From Epiperipatus broadwayi (taxonomy: Eukaryota > Animalia > Onychophora), in the NCBI GenBank assembly GCA_028023455.1, contig JAQFVV010000006.1, positions 1,364,001 to 1,428,000 on the forward strand: a stretch of DNA of 64,000 nucleotides. Reading direction: 5' to 3'. Under the pieces are notes generated by a model. That model did no database searches. It was not told the origin of the DNA and saw nothing but the letters and a program-made list of their open reading frames with translations. Both the position numbers and the translations under genes were made by a program. Below are positions 24,972 through 38,820 of this stretch, one piece after another; the stretch's first letter is position 1; every line of letters begins with the position of its first letter.

Positions 24972-27900
24972 TGTAAATATAGAAATCAATACATAAAGAA
25001 AGGAGGAAGAAGATAATTGTGTTACTTCCACAATCAGTTATCTACACATACGTTGTTTAATCATATTACTAGTTCTACAATGTTAGATAGAATATGCAGG
25101 AAACCCTCAAACCAAAGCGCAAGACAGATAATATGAATAAACAATGCATGTGTAGATGGCTGAGTACTTTTTGATTACAATTACTAATAAAACTGTGCTA
25201 GTAAATAATGACAATTATACCTATGCTACATTTATAAATAATTTTTTAATGCATAAATACCATCAGCATCCACTCTAATTGAATTTTTTAATTCCAGCAA
25301 TCTACTCATCCATCCGTTCCATGTGGTATCTTGCTAGGTGTAATCACTGGGGATCCAGTTTAAGGCTTCAATTGCTTATATATTGTCATTTCTTCTAATG
25401 ATTTATCTTAGATTATTTCCATTTGTCTTAATTCTTTCAACTGTGTCAGTGAGATCTGGCCATTTTTTCACCCATATATATTGGCCTTGTTTCACTAATT
25501 ACTCCAAATATCCCTCCTCTCTCTATTTTCACTACGTAATCTGAAATTCCTGGATTGTACTCAATACATAAGAATACTTAAGTAAATGTAATTTAATAAC
25601 ATACTGATGCGATGCAGTGAAACTTTTTTATATAATAATTTCTGTAGGCTTTCAATATCATAAATTTCTGCAGACTAAGCGCTTTCAGAGTTTTGTTACT
25701 CCATAATCATAGTCTCTTAGATTATTAACATCATTTATAAAAAAATATTTATTTCCAAACACATGGCATATTTTTTTTAAAATACTAAGTTACTTCTACA
25801 AAAAGCAAAATTAATTCTGTGCTTAATTTCATTCCTTGTTTCAATTTGTATTAATAATCAGACCATAGTACTTATAGTTAATAATTTCTAATTCACTATT
25901 ATGAGTATAGTATATAAGTAAATGTGCCCATACATTATAAATATCAATCAATTCTACTGAATTTTAACTATTCAGTAATAATTTTTTTTTTTTCATTTAC
26001 ATCTATAACAAAACAAAAGTATATATATATTTATTAAATGGAAGTAACTAATTTCTGCGAGCTATTAATATATAGCATTAATTTGGTAATAAATACTAAT
26101 GAAGAATAAACAAACATTAATTGACAATGCTAGAATCATAATATGACAAATATACATTAGCCAAATTTTAAACATGGCTTAAACCATTTTAAAATCAATA
26201 TAATATATATTACAGGACCAAGGTTTTATTTATTTTTAATAACCTGCAGTATAAACACTAAATTTTATAAATATACATACTTTATATTAATACTGTATAC
26301 GTACATGTATTACTGTATCAACAATATAAATAACTTTTTTAAATTTAACAATAACTTTTATTATCTTAATGGTTAATTATTAAAATATTCAGAATTAAAC
26401 AAATTTAAAAAATTTAATTTTATTACTAATAAGAAAAAAAAAGTTGTGCATGAATATACCCACATATTAATAAATTATAACGGTAATTACCTATATTGTA
26501 ATGATCAGCTGAGAATAAACAGACCAAATGGATTTACAATCTAGAATTTTCTATCTTTGTAACTGTAGAAATGTAATGCAAAATGTCTCTTCTGGCTGTT
26601 TCCTGTAGTGACATGTATATCGGAAATCGAGTTCAATTATATTTAGTATTTTATATATGACACCTAAATCTGGGAGAACTCTTAAATATTTTATTCACCA
26701 TAGCATAAGATTGTATAACTGACAGAACAACATATAAATAAAAAAAGTGAAAATAAATCACTAACAAGTATTTATTACCAACTAAGAAATGGTGATCATG
26801 TGATGTTTAGTGGTTTATTCTAATTTAACATTCAACATAAAATATTCTTTGTTGTTATATTTTACAATTAATTTTAGAATATAATGTGATATACCTCCAT
26901 TTACAGAATGTTTCTATAACCTATTCCCACTTACCATCTTATTAGACCTTATCATAAAATTTCATCATTAATATATTTGGTTTTTACCTATAGGAAATTG
27001 GTTTTACATATTAAAACTAAGGAATAAGCGCATAAATATTATTTCAGAACGTAATATTACAGTAAACAAACACAACATGGATTCCAATAAGGCAAGACTA
27101 TAAAAAACATCTACATAATAAATAAGTAAAGTGAATATACCATAATTAAATTCTGTGGGAATGCTTGAAATATATATATATATCATAGCACACAGATCAA
27201 TATTAATTAATGATATACTAATGCATTAAAGGTGAAACTATTCCACACAGAAATTTATTTAGGCTGAGTGCTTCCAGAGTTTTGTTACTTCATAATCATA
27301 GCCTTGTAGATTGTCAACGTAATTGTATGCAAATATATTTTTTTTATATTATCCATTTTCTGGAAATGGCAAAGCAAGTGTCTTTTCTATTTATAGAGTT
27401 GGTATCGCTGGTAATAAAACAATAATTCTACTTTAAAATAAGACCCGAAGCACATGAATTATTATTATACTCTACATATGCTTCAAAATATAGGTAAGAA
27501 TGAAGCATGTAAATTTCATAAAATATGTAACAAACCTCACATAATTATTTCAATATCTTACTCGCTCTATAAATATACAAGCAGCATATATATTAAAAAT
27601 AATGAAATCTGTTTTCAATACTTCCAATTAATAAATTCAAGCTTACTCTAATTGAATGTACATGATACATGCACTTCCAAACTTTCGATCTAATAAGTTA
27701 CCAACAAATTCTTAGCACCCACCCTCCCGTAATATTTGATTTTAACAAAATATTAAATCTGATAGTATTACCGGACATTAATTTTAAAAGACGATTCACA
27801 TTCATATATGCATAATAATTTATTACCTAATATATTTTAATCTAGATTATATCCTAATTAATAACAATAAAGTACAAATGGCCTTAATGATGAATAATTT

Positions 27901-30473
27901 CTAGGAACTAAACTAGTGATTCTTTAATTAACATAAAGTGAATAATTACATATGAAGTTTAGCTCTCACAACTTGCTCTCATTTTAAATTTTAAAATTAA
28001 AATGATTATAAATATTACCAAATTCACCAGTTTTTATTTTGCTGTAATATCTTATATAAATCTAATTTATCCATTATTTTGAACACTTAACAATTATATT
28101 TCTAAAATGTTCAATAAATACTATTTCAATCGTTTATTTTATTAAAATGTTTCTGATAGCTTTAATGGTTCAATAGTCTTCTTCAGAACTATAAAATAAT
28201 AGGGTATATTCTACATATTTTTTATTTATACAAATACACATTAATTTTATTTTGATGTTTTTAATATACATACATTTTATCTTTCTGTAAGTTTTTATCC
28301 ATTTAGCTTTCTTTTTTGATAAATTTAGTATGAACACAAATAAATACATAGTTTACATGTCTATATTTTTATTCTTTAAAACTATATAATTTTTATTTTA
28401 CAATATATATAATTTAATCAAATGAATATAAGTAACTGAAAAAGACAAACAGTTTTCAAAATACATTTAAGAGAGTTAAAACAATAATTTCTAGCCTAGG
28501 ATTAATAACTATTAAGGTATTTATTTGGTTGATTAAAAATGAATGGAAAATTATACGACATATATAATTGTATAAAAAAATGTATGTAATATTTATTTAG
28601 TGTATTGTTATGATATAGTCAATTATTTTGTAATTACTGAATTTATATATGAGGGTTTTGATTTGTTTTAATTATTTATATTATTGCTTGTTTTAATTCC
28701 ATTATTGGACACTAGATGGTTTCATGTCTGGAATAATTTGTTAACATTAAATAGATTAGTAATATTATTATTGATTATATAGCTGTTGTAAAGAATTTAT
28801 TATTATTTTCTGATTGCTATCTTAGTTGAAAGTGAAGTTAAGTCTTGCATCTTCAAAATAAAATTATAATAATCTTTAAATTCAATGTTTTTTTAAAATT
28901 TTTTATTTATAATTTTAGTTGCTTTTCATATAAACATTATTGAACAAAATTATATACATATATTTTAACATGGCCTTACATTTACATTTTTTTTTTATAA
29001 TATTATTTAATATTTAGTAATAATTGCTGCTATTAATTTTCGATTTTAAGAGCTTTCTTAATAAACATCAAATAAAATTAATAGTACAGTAAATAAATAT
29101 TAATATTTTTTATTAGATTTAATAAATTTTTGTATACATTACTTAAATAATTAAAGAAAATTTAAAACCATTTATTAAATACATATATACAATATTGATC
29201 AATAAAATTTAGACCTAATATTATAATTCAGGATATACAAATTAAATAAAAATATTCAATATATGTGTATGCATATCCATATTAAGTAAATAAAACCAAA
29301 TAAATAAACCTATAGAAGATAATATATATATAAATGTGTATTCATAAATATATTACAATAAGATTATTGACTTCATATGTAAATAAAAAATAATGTATTT
29401 TATAGATCGGAAGAAAACTGCTGAACTATTGAAATTTTTAGAAGCACTTTAATACAATGTATTTCTAAAAGTGGCGGTAGAATGTTAAATTGCGTAACAA
29501 GAATTGGTCAAGGGATTAAAATAAGTGCAAGTGATCTTAAAATAAGATACTAACAGGAATAGGAAAAAAAAAATTATATATCTGAAATTTGAAATGGCCA
29601 TTTAATATAGATATTAAAATTAAAAAATATCATTGCAACGGTTAAAAAAATTCTGATATAAAATTAAAAAACAATTTTACTTCATATATAACACAAACTT
29701 ATCTAGATCAAAAGACCTCGTGAAGGCTATAAAAAAAAAAAAACCCTGGCAAAACGAAACGTGCGTCTCGTAAACTGCTGTATAAGAAATTGCATTTAGT
29801 AGCATAAATATATGGCATTTCCTAAACCACTTATTTAGAATTGTAGTATTAATAAACACGAAAGATTATGGGAAAATAAATTACAGGGCATTTAGAAAAA
29901 ATAAACTAATCTAAAAGACACCAAATTTTATTAAAACTATATTTAAATCAAGTTATATTATATAGTATTTTGAAGTATTGTATTCATTATATTATGCTAT
30001 CAAAAAGGACAATTGATTTATGGCATGTTTATATCAACTCAAACGTTTTAATTTAGGTTTAAATAATCTCAAAGGAAGTATTTTGAAAAAATATTGAAGT
30101 AAATAGGCCTCCATTAACTAACGTTACACAAATAAGGCTTACGCAACAATACACAATTAAAATAATATCTACAAAGGTTTGATATTTTAAAAATTAAACT
30201 TCTTTACGGCACATATGTAAATTTTAATTTAATGTCAATCATTTTAAAAGACATGACAAATTTTAAAATTTATTAAATAATTAAATGCTTCAATACAGCT
30301 GACTTCAAAGATGTTAAGTTAAAAAGTAACGTGGAAATGTAAATGTCACCTAATAAACCATATTCAAATAACTACTGCAGTGAAATACATATCTATGTAT
30401 ATCAAAACATATATACATTGAAATTAAAGAAAACAAACAAAAAAAAATTATCAAAATTAAATTTTAACTTAAC

Positions 30474-30563
30474 TGTTAAGGTTTCGTCGATACATAATGG
30501 TAGTTGCCTTCTTTGATAATCAAAATCATCTTCCCTACAAACTGCCACTAATTTAGCCAGCAT
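30474..30563 (-). CDS. GGNBP2: GGNBP2 coding exon 1 (MLAKLVAVCREDDFDYQRRQLPLCIDETLT)
   Basis: Manual translation matches the remembered GGNBP2 N-terminus (MARLVAVCR..RRQIPL.ID.TLT). ATG is preceded by AAAA. Phase-0 donor ACA|GTTAAG joins in frame to exon 2. Confidence 0.9.
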
Positions 30564-31118
30564 TTTTATTACTTAGTGCGGACTTTTGAGACACGTACGT
30601 TAAGTCAAAACTTTATCTAAAAATATTATACCAAACTTCACTGGAAGACAGTTGGGACTCACAGGTTACTAGTTAGGCCGACGGCCATAGACTATTCACG
30701 AAAATATTTTTTAGTATTAAGGAGTATAAATAATTCATGAATAAAATGTGGCTAAACGCTAGAAAAATAAAAATATATTAAAACTTAATATTATATTGTT
30801 ACAGAATTTTTTTTTTTAAAATAGTTTTCAATTACATTAATCTTACTTAATTGAAATTTTCATAAGACAAAATTATAGCGAAGTAATATCAGAATATAGT
30901 TCTCTAACTAAGTACCCTTTCAACAAGAATTTTAATTAAAATATATGTTGTATAATATAATGAAATAAACAAATATTAAATAATTATTAAAATTATCATC
31001 CACTAATTTTTTTTTTATATTTTATGAAATAAAAAACAATTAAATACTGTTTACACATAAAACATTTTATAACTGCGGTATTAAAGTTTTTAATTTAGAA
31101 ACCACGTGTGTATACGGA
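30564..31118. promoter_or_regulatory. Probable shared bidirectional promoter and 5' UTRs of GGNBP2 and DDX55, with E-box CACGTG at 31103-31108
   Basis: Head-to-head ATGs 555 bp apart. Locally more CpG than the introns (ACACGTACGT, GGCCGACGGCC). CACGTG lies 10 nt upstream of the DDX55 ATG. Transcription start sites are not visible. Confidence 0.6.
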
Positions 31119-31214
31119 ATGGAAGGAGCATGGTCTTCACTAGCAGTAAATTTGAGTTCAACAACTCTTGACTCATTAAAAGATTTAAATTTTACTAACA
31201 TGACACCAGTGCAG
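31119..31214 (+). CDS. DDX55: DDX55 coding exon 1 (MEGAWSSLAVNLSSTTLDSLKDLNFTNMTPVQ), Q motif
   Basis: 32 codons ending MTPVQ at CAG|GTAATT. Resembles the DDX55 N-terminus (EGSWESL...LGFPYMTPVQ). Confidence 0.92.
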
Positions 31215-31391
31215 GTAATTTAAATGTTTTATATTTTATTTCAAAATAAAATTGTATTTATGAAATTAATTACGAAAATACAAAAAATAGCTTAAAAATA
31301 GGAATCCGTATTTACTATTTGTATTAAGACATTAAATCACTAAACATCACATGATCGCCATTATTTATGCGTACACTAACTGTTTTCACGG

Positions 31392-31660
31392 AGGCGATGC
31401 GATGCACTGTGGCTTGTTATTCGGAGTCTGGTATCTCTCATCTACCGTACCCAGTAAAACCTGTTAGCCACCTTCCGTTTTATTCCCCATATTCTTCTCT
31501 ATTCTGCTTCATCCCATTTCCACAATAATTTTTGTCCACTTCATGGCCTTTATACCTAAATCCCCTTTTCCCAAACCCAGCATAAAAGCCAAGAACCCAC
31601 ATTCTGTATAATCACTTTATTTATATTTATTCTTCCACTACTTTATTGTTTGTACCTTTT
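31392..31660 (-). mobile_element. 3' fragment of a non-LTR retrotransposon (family B) nested in F1
   Basis: Homologous to 33430-33710 and 59130-59385. Ends in (CATCG/CATCA)n. GCCT occurs at both junctions. Confidence 0.7.
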
Positions 31661-32114
31661 CTGATAGCAGGCATAACTCTCCATACAGTAGCGCAACTCA
31701 GTGCAAGCCAGAGTAATCAATGGATGTAGGAAGGTTTATGCACAAAATTCCTATCTACTGCTTTCTCATCTAATATCCGAAGCTTATGACTTTCATCAGT
31801 GAGAAGCCTTGGATCTGAGAGCACTGCATCTACAATTTATGATACAATGCAACCTTCCAGCAACAACCTTTTACATTGTCAGCTGACTAATGAAAATACA
31901 CTAATGCTATTAAAGAACCAAAGACAGTAAAAAGTATGGATGATGAACTGAGTTCAGATCTATATGACTATATAGGATAATGAGCTTGAATTGAAAACAT
32001 TATTGTGTTTTCATTTTGTACTCAAAGTTTTATAATTAGCTAATAAGATAAAAGGTGGCTGCTGGAGGATGGCATTTGATCTAAGTTCTAGGTGCAGTGC
32101 TCTCAAATCCAAGG

Positions 32115-32152
32115 CTCACTGATGAAAGCCACAAGCTAGAAACTAGTCTGGG
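32115..32152 (+). ncRNA. F1 type I minimal hammerhead motif, intact core, sense to DDX55 intron 1
   Basis: CTCA-CTGATGA-AAGC-CACAA-GCTA-GAAAC-TA-GTC-TGGG; stem I 4 bp, stem III palindrome ACTAGT. Confidence 0.7.
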
Positions 32153-32799
32153 AATATTGGATGAATAGGAACTAGATAGAGATTTTAGGTACAAACCTTC
32201 CTGCATCCATTTATTACTCTGGCTTATACTGAGTGGCGCTACTGTATGGAGAGTTTTATATTAAGACATACCAAAGTCATGTCTAGATTAACCAAAATTG
32301 ATGATAGAAAATGAGTGCATGTTTTATAGTAGAATCAAATGGTAGTGAGAGTTGTAGCAGACTTGGTGGAAGATTGCAGACATTTAATAATGTTTACAGT
32401 AAGATTTAATTATAATCCTTATTATAAAGTGCACAACACAAGTTAATGAACAAATAGTAGAAGATAGATGATTCACTCGCTCTAATTATGCTGTATCCAG
32501 TGGCACTATTGCCAGCAGGATTGTAAACACAAATAAAGAAATATTAAGAATAATGTGAAACGGCTCGGCATATAATTTAAAGGTAACAGTTTTATTTACA
32601 GAGGGTTAAACATGAAGATAATAAATCATTAGCAGTTATATACGTTCTATTATACACTATATATACATATCTCACTAAACATTGTACATGCGTCCCAAGG
32701 CTTACAAAATAATATAGATTGATATGACCTGTTATGAGTCCCTAAGTTTACTTTTGTATGTCTGGAGACAAACTTTTCCGCAAGGCTAAGGTAAAGTAG

Positions 32800-33060
32800 A
32801 GGGGACTGGAGCACCCATTGGATGGCATGTCTGCATTCCTGGAGCTTCTTCTAGCAAGTCACTGTTTTTTTTCTTTTACACACTCTTCTGGATGTTGTAG
32901 AATGTCCCTTTTGATTAGCCTTCAGGTGCCCATGTAGTTGTCCATCTCTAGAATTCCCATATTCAATTCTTGTGATCAGATAGCATAGTTCATATTCCAA
33001 TTATCTATTTTTAGCAATGTGTTTTCATTATCATCAAATCTGATTGGGAACTAAACATTC
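32800..33060 (-). mobile_element. RTE-like LINE 3' fragment
   Basis: Remnant RWTT.W.P.G and terminal ..QW motifs on the minus strand. Confidence 0.35.
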
Positions 33061-33399
33061 CAATGTTGCAGCGGCTTTTTTTTACTTTAACTAAGATTAA
33101 TATTTGCTAATACTGATTATTTATCAGTATAGCTAATCTTTATAATTATAAGATTTACTCTTCTATTTAATTAATCTAAGTGCTTTTTAAAATAATGTGT
33201 ATGTCTTCGGCATACACACACGTGTATATATAAATATACACACATACTTAGCAAATTCTAAATTAACAAGATATGGCGACTGGATGTTTAGTAGCATTTG
33301 AAAATAATATAGATCTGCATTAGTCATTGAATTTCTTTATACTTCTTTGCATCAAATATGTAAGAACAACAGATAATGCAGATTATTTAAGACTATATG

Positions 33400-33710
33400 G
33401 ATAATACCATTGTACAAATAATGAAGTTATGGTAGACTAAATATAAACAAAGTGATTATACAGAAAGTGGGTTGTTGGTTTTTATGTTGGGTTTGGGAAA
33501 AGATAAGGATTTAGATATAAAGGTCATGGAGTTGACAAAGATTATGTTGTGGAAATGGGATGGAGCAGGATAGAGAAGAATATGGAGAAAATTTAGGATG
33601 GGGAATGGAAAGGGAAGGCAAAGTGGCTAACAGGTTTCTCTGGGGATAGTGGCTGAGAGATTCCTAACTATGAGAAAAGAAACCATAGTGCATCACATCA
33701 CACTGGCATG
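33400..33710 (+). mobile_element. Family B LINE 3' fragment
   Basis: DYTESGLLVFMLGLGKDKDLDIKVMELTKIMLWKW frame. Ends CATAGTGCATCACATCAC. Homologous to 59130-59385. Confidence 0.65.
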
Positions 33711-34479
33711 AATTGGGTTTTTGATGAGGGAAATAAAAAAAAAAATTAAAATATGTTCAGAAGGTATCAGTGAATGAATAGAAATAGAATAGTAAAAATA
33801 GTGTTTAATTGGATTTTTGGAAAGAATAATAGCTATATTGGACAAAAAAGATTTTGCAATGAGTAAATAGGCTATTTATTTTCTAAGGGTTGGAACCCAT
33901 GTCAGTCTGATTGATTTTCAAGTTTTTAGCTTCAGAAGTAAAAATGAACTTAATGAAAATTTCTAATGCATGTCTGTGTCCCTTCCAAATTTGAATCCCA
34001 AACCTCTATGGATGAGGATTTAAATACTAAAGATAAGGTTGTTACATGCTTCTGATACTGATTACTCAAGTTTACACTAGATGGCGCTGGAGTGAATTGC
34101 TGTTTTTGCGTTACATGTATAGCTTTTTTTTTAAAACTGTATATTGAGCTAGTTAAGTGTTATGTAGTGATAAACAATGGAAGTTGTGTTCTTAGGAATG
34201 ATATATTTCCAACTGTTATAAAAATTGTATCTTATTACAATATTAGTATTTTTACAATCAGCACATTAATCCAAGACTTTCATCCATTATCTAGTAATTG
34301 CTGGATTTCATTTGCAGACTAGTATTAGATGGCCAACTGGATTGATTATGGATCTTCCGAATGAATGAAATCTTAAGAATATCTGTGCAGTTAGGAAAAA
34401 ATTGCCTAGGATTTACAAATTTTTAGTTAGAATAGGAAGAAAGAAAAAATTTTGTATAAAATAATCTAAAATCAGTGAA

Positions 34480-34720
34480 AGACCTCGTGTCGCAGATATA
34501 ATGCATTGGCCCATGATATTTGTGATATGAGGTTCAAATCCAGACTAAATGAAATTTTTTGTTTCTCATGCTATTGGTGGAGTAGCCATTTCTGTTAACC
34601 ATCCAACATTGGTCAGTAAATGGATATCTAGCCATTCTTGACTAGAGAAGAATGCAGGATTAAAATGCCAATACATTCCCACCCGGCAAAAGGCTGATTC
34701 TTTTACTATTTCTCTATGTA
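34480..34720 (+). mobile_element. Decayed tRNA-derived SINE
   Basis: B-box GGTTCAAATCC near 34531, an A-box-like segment upstream, and a central CCATCCAAC..GTAAATGGATATC block. Confidence 0.4.
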
Positions 34721-35299
34721 CTGTTATTGGAGGAACCTTTGACCTGCAATGGCTATTTATTAATAATGACTATCCATAATTTCTGGCAGAGTAACAAATA
34801 GTAGTTAAACTTATTTTTCAAGAATATGCTAATTGGAAATAGTTAAGAATCATATGGAAAAAATAGAAAATAATTAAATAAATAATTGAATGGTTTATTG
34901 CATAGGAGTTCGTAAGAAATTCAAAGCAAGTCACAATTGAGCTGCTTGAACTCTGTAAAGTTGACCACACTGCCCCAGCATTCAGCAATATATAGGATAT
35001 CTATGAATTTGTACGCTCATTGATGATATAGTTATCTAATGTAAAAATTGATGTGAAGAAAAATAGTTTAAAGAATTCATAGTTAAGTAAAAATGTATAC
35101 GATTAAAATAAACCTGAATAACATCAAATATGAAATTCATGTGTGAATATTTTCATACTGAAATATAATCTTTAGTGGTGAACAATATCGCAAGAGCGGT
35201 GTTTATGCCATTATATTTCTCTTTTGATCTAGATAAACTAATATGTTCAGGATCTCATAAATAGATGTGCTTTTATCATGCCTCACATTTTAGTATACA

Positions 35300-36720
35300 T
35301 AACTAGCACAGGAAAGAAATAGAATTATTGCCAAGCAATTAGATTTCCCGCTTACAAGACTAGTGTGGGTATGTTATATGTCCATATTGAGAATAAGCTG
35401 AGAACCTGTGTCAGAATTCTTCATACTATTTATTGAATCCCATTCATGAACTTTATGCTCGCTTCACTTGTTACAGCAGTATCCAACAGGAGCATGAATT
35501 TATTGTAATAATATGGAAACTCCTAGATAAATTAAATTGTTATTCCTATTTTTATTGGACAAACTCAAATTACTATCGGCAGATATCCTGTAATATCAAC
35601 TGCTCATTAGGCTATCAGGTGTTGCAATTTGAATGGAGCTATTGATTCTTCAAGTGCTGTCTTTTTATTTTGGAAAGCCATGATAAGGAATTATTCTGGG
35701 TTCATTGAAATATGAAGGTAGACATTTTTCGTAGTTACGTTTTGTGAATTATCCCCTCCTCCCATCACTTACACTATTATTTCTTGGCTTCATGATAATC
35801 GATAATTGCCAATTGATAAAGTCCTATTAATCATGCATCTGTGTAAGTTCCACGTATGCCACTATTGCCATTTTTTATTATTATCGATACAATGGCTATT
35901 GACTTACTTCTTGCTTAACTTTGGGTTCCAAATGCAAAAGGGAATGGCCTATTTCTACAGCTGATTGGCTGGATTTTTTTATTCACTATAAAATGATTGG
36001 AACCCTTGAAATATCCCATTCCTTTATTAAAGCCTTCAGGAGATCATATAATTTATGTGTTGGGCTTAATTTATTGTGCTAAGATATAGCCCAGCTTTTC
36101 AAAGGAATTTCTCCTAGTGAATTGCTGTGATTACAGGTTGAGATGAGTAAAGGAAGTGTTTTCATATTTCCCCGATTCATATTTACTATTGCTTTATCTA
36201 TCAATAGCAGTGTATCGCCTTGAAAATTGTTAATTAAATTTTTGATAATCTTTTTTATGGCACTCCTTTTTATTTATAAAATCTCAAATCCATAACTGCC
36301 TTGCAATTGCTGATTATAATTTTTCAACATCTTTGCACTGTCATATTGATAAAAGTTTTCAATTTTTTGTTTTAATTTGTTTTGGTCATTTATGTTATTA
36401 TGTTCCAACTTGGGCTTAATTGTGAATGGCTGTTTCATTTTATAATTGTTCTGTGTTATAATCTTATTGCAGAATTAACACAATTTATTCTGAATCAGCA
36501 AACTTCAGGGTCTTGAGTGCCTACAGAATGCCAACCTTTTCCACCAATTAATCCTGCTAAGTGGGTCTTATCTCTTTGCTACTGTTTGGATTTTCTGTAT
36601 ATTCTAAATTTTTTTTGAATCTTGGCTTTCATATAATAGATTGCTATTTTCTAACAGAAGGCCTGGATAAATGTTATTTCAGCCAATTTGTTTGCTTGAT
36701 TTAAAATATTGAATGTTAGT
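35300..36720 (-). mobile_element. Decayed R4/Dong-like non-LTR retrotransposon RT region
   Basis: Collinear minus-strand remnants LLIDKAI, ..EW, NGIFQG and IYLGVSI, as in R4/Dong RT (QL.IDK.I, GIFQGDS, Y.YLG). Confidence 0.5.
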
Positions 36721-36749
36721 TTGGCATTCATAATCAATTACAAATGTAG

Positions 36750-36900
36750 ACTTTAAACCACTAAACATCACATGATCACCATCTCTTATGTTACCACATA
36801 ACTGTTATTAAACAGGCAAATGCACAAGCCTTCTGGCATCCATTGATTACTCTGGTTGGCACAGGGTGGCACTACTGTATGAAAAGTTTTGCCTGTTTAA
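36750..36900. mobile_element. F1 short fold-back fragment (inverted tail plus 3' part)
   Basis: AAACCACTAAACATCACATGATCACC followed by GCACAAGCCTTCTGGCATCCATTGATTACTCTGG...GAAAAGTTTTGCCTG. Confidence 0.65.
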
Positions 36901-37639
36901 TATAGACTTTACTTGCGTATTTTAAAGTGGGAAAGGTAAAACATTTTTATTAGCTTCAAATCCACCATCATTATTCACCTTCTGTTATTTGTAAATTATA
37001 TTAGCATTTTTATTTATATGTAATGTTGATATCTACTAATTGGCATATAAATCTATATGCCTAGGGTCTCTTAAAACAGCATTCATTTAAATGACATTTA
37101 ACATATAATTGAAATCTTCACTTTTAATCTGCTTTGAACAGTTGATTGATTAGTTAGAGTGATTTGCTGACGAGAAAAAGTTCTTTGGTTTGATTTTAGA
37201 ATGATGGATGAAAAAGTCTTGGCCGGGCTTTAGTGCTGTTCTCTTTAGTGTTTGATTGCTGACTTTATAAGCAAATGTTCAAGTAAACATTTTATATGTG
37301 TAAAGATTTTTTAGTGTAGTATGTAACTATCAATGTCATAATGTGAATTTAAATCTGGGTCTGATAAAAATTCTAAGAGCAATTGCTGTCTAGCAACTGG
37401 CAGAAATAATGCCTTCTTTTTTACTGTTGATAATACTTTGTTCTCACTGCAGGGTAGTAGTGAACTACTTAAAGACTTATCTATCTATTTACTATCTTCC
37501 TATCTATCTGCCTACTTACTCCCTATATACCTATCTACCTACTCACTGTTGGTATTGGAGACACATTGTTCTACTGCAGAGTACTTTTGCTCTGTGGTAA
37601 ACTATTTAAAGACGTATCTATCTGTCTACTATTTTCACA

Positions 37640-38030
37640 TTATCACCATTTCACATGTTTGCTTATAACTAATTAAAACAGGCAAAACTCTTCATACAGT
37701 ATTGCCATTCAGTGCAACCCAGAGTAATCAATGGATGCCAGAAGGCTTGTACATAAAATCTCCATCTAGTGTATTCATCCAATATCCCCAGACTAGTTTC
37801 TGGCAAGTGACCTTCATCAGTGAGGAACCTTGGATCTGATCCTAAGATCTAGGTGCCGTGCTCTAAGATCCAAGGCTCCTCATTGACGAAGGCCACAAGC
37901 CAGAAATTAGTCTGGGGATATTGAATGACTAGGCACTAGATGGGAATTTTATGCACAAGCCTTCTCTCATCCATTGATTACTCTGGTTTGCATTGAGTGG
38001 CAATACTGTGTGGAGAGTTTTACCTGTTTT
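37640..38030. mobile_element. F1 fold-back with two opposed hammerhead motifs (37785-37826 minus, intact core; 37877-37918 plus, C3U)
   Basis: Minus: TCCTCA-CTGATGA-AGGT-CACTT-GCCA-GAAAC-TA-GTC-TGGGGA. Plus: TCCTCA-TTGACGA-AGGC-CACAA-GCCA-GAAAT-TA-GTC-TGGGGA. Confidence 0.8.
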
Positions 38031-38624
38031 AATTTTTTTTATCTACTATCTTCCTATCTACCTACCTTCTTAATCTCTATATACCTATCTACCCACTTAT
38101 TTACCCCTTGCCTACCTACCTCTCTGTCTATATATATACAATATTTAAAAATAATAATCTTTGATTGCACATATTATATTAATCATTTACAAGTTCAAAT
38201 TATTATAATCATTTAATAGAGTTGCAAATAACACCATTTGGTAGTTATCCAAAAATTAGTTTTTAAATTCACTTATCGGAATGGAAATTAATTCATTTTT
38301 AATTAGTTTTTAAATTCATTTATCGGAATGGAACAGTCATCGATATTTTTAGAAAAATGAAACTTTACATTAGTGGTGTTTGTAGCAAAGCCTCTATCTA
38401 ACCAATTAATACTTTCAGATGCTAATGCAAATATAAATTTTTAATTTTGACAACTATATGAACAAACAATAGATATAAAATATATAGCACTGAAAATGTA
38501 TAGTATTTTTGAAATAATAATCTTCAAGTGCGCATATTATAATTAACAAATAAGACTTTCTAAAGTCATATAAGAACTTGAAGGCCAGATAAAAATGAAT
38601 TTATTTATCTAGGTGTGATATTAA

Positions 38625-38820
38625 GCCGTGATCACTTTTTCTTTAAGCTTGCACAAGTTGAACCCAAGTCTCCTCACTGATGAAAGCATAAGCTAGAAAC
38701 TGGTCTGGATATATTGAATGGGAACACACTGGATAGGGATTATGATGCACAACTTCTAACATCTATTCATTACTAGAGCTTGCTTTAAATGGCACTATTA
38801 CGTGGGAAAAATTTTGCTAC
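38625..38820 (+). mobile_element. F1 partial copy with hammerhead motif 38671-38709
   Basis: TCCTCA-CTGATGA-AAGC-ATAA-GCTA-GAAAC-TG-GTC-TGGA. Confidence 0.7.

Larger units (their letters stand above)
31335..32260. mobile_element. F1 fold-back insertion (minus copy 31335-31885 interrupted by a LINE fragment; plus copy 31905-32260)
   Basis: Inverted F1 homology around a centre near 31890. The F1 tail CACTAAACATCACATGATC at 31338 is separated from the rest by the nested fragment. Confidence 0.8.

Noticed and set aside
29404-29414. AGATCGGAAGA resembling an Illumina adapter
   Set aside because: Only 11 nt match and the sequence then diverges; compatible with chance.
31335-31420. F1 tail apparently shared with the family B LINE 3' end (SINE-LINE partnership)
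   Set aside because: The other two family B copies end at CATCACAT without this tail. The rest of F1 resumes at 31667, so this is a LINE fragment nested in F1.
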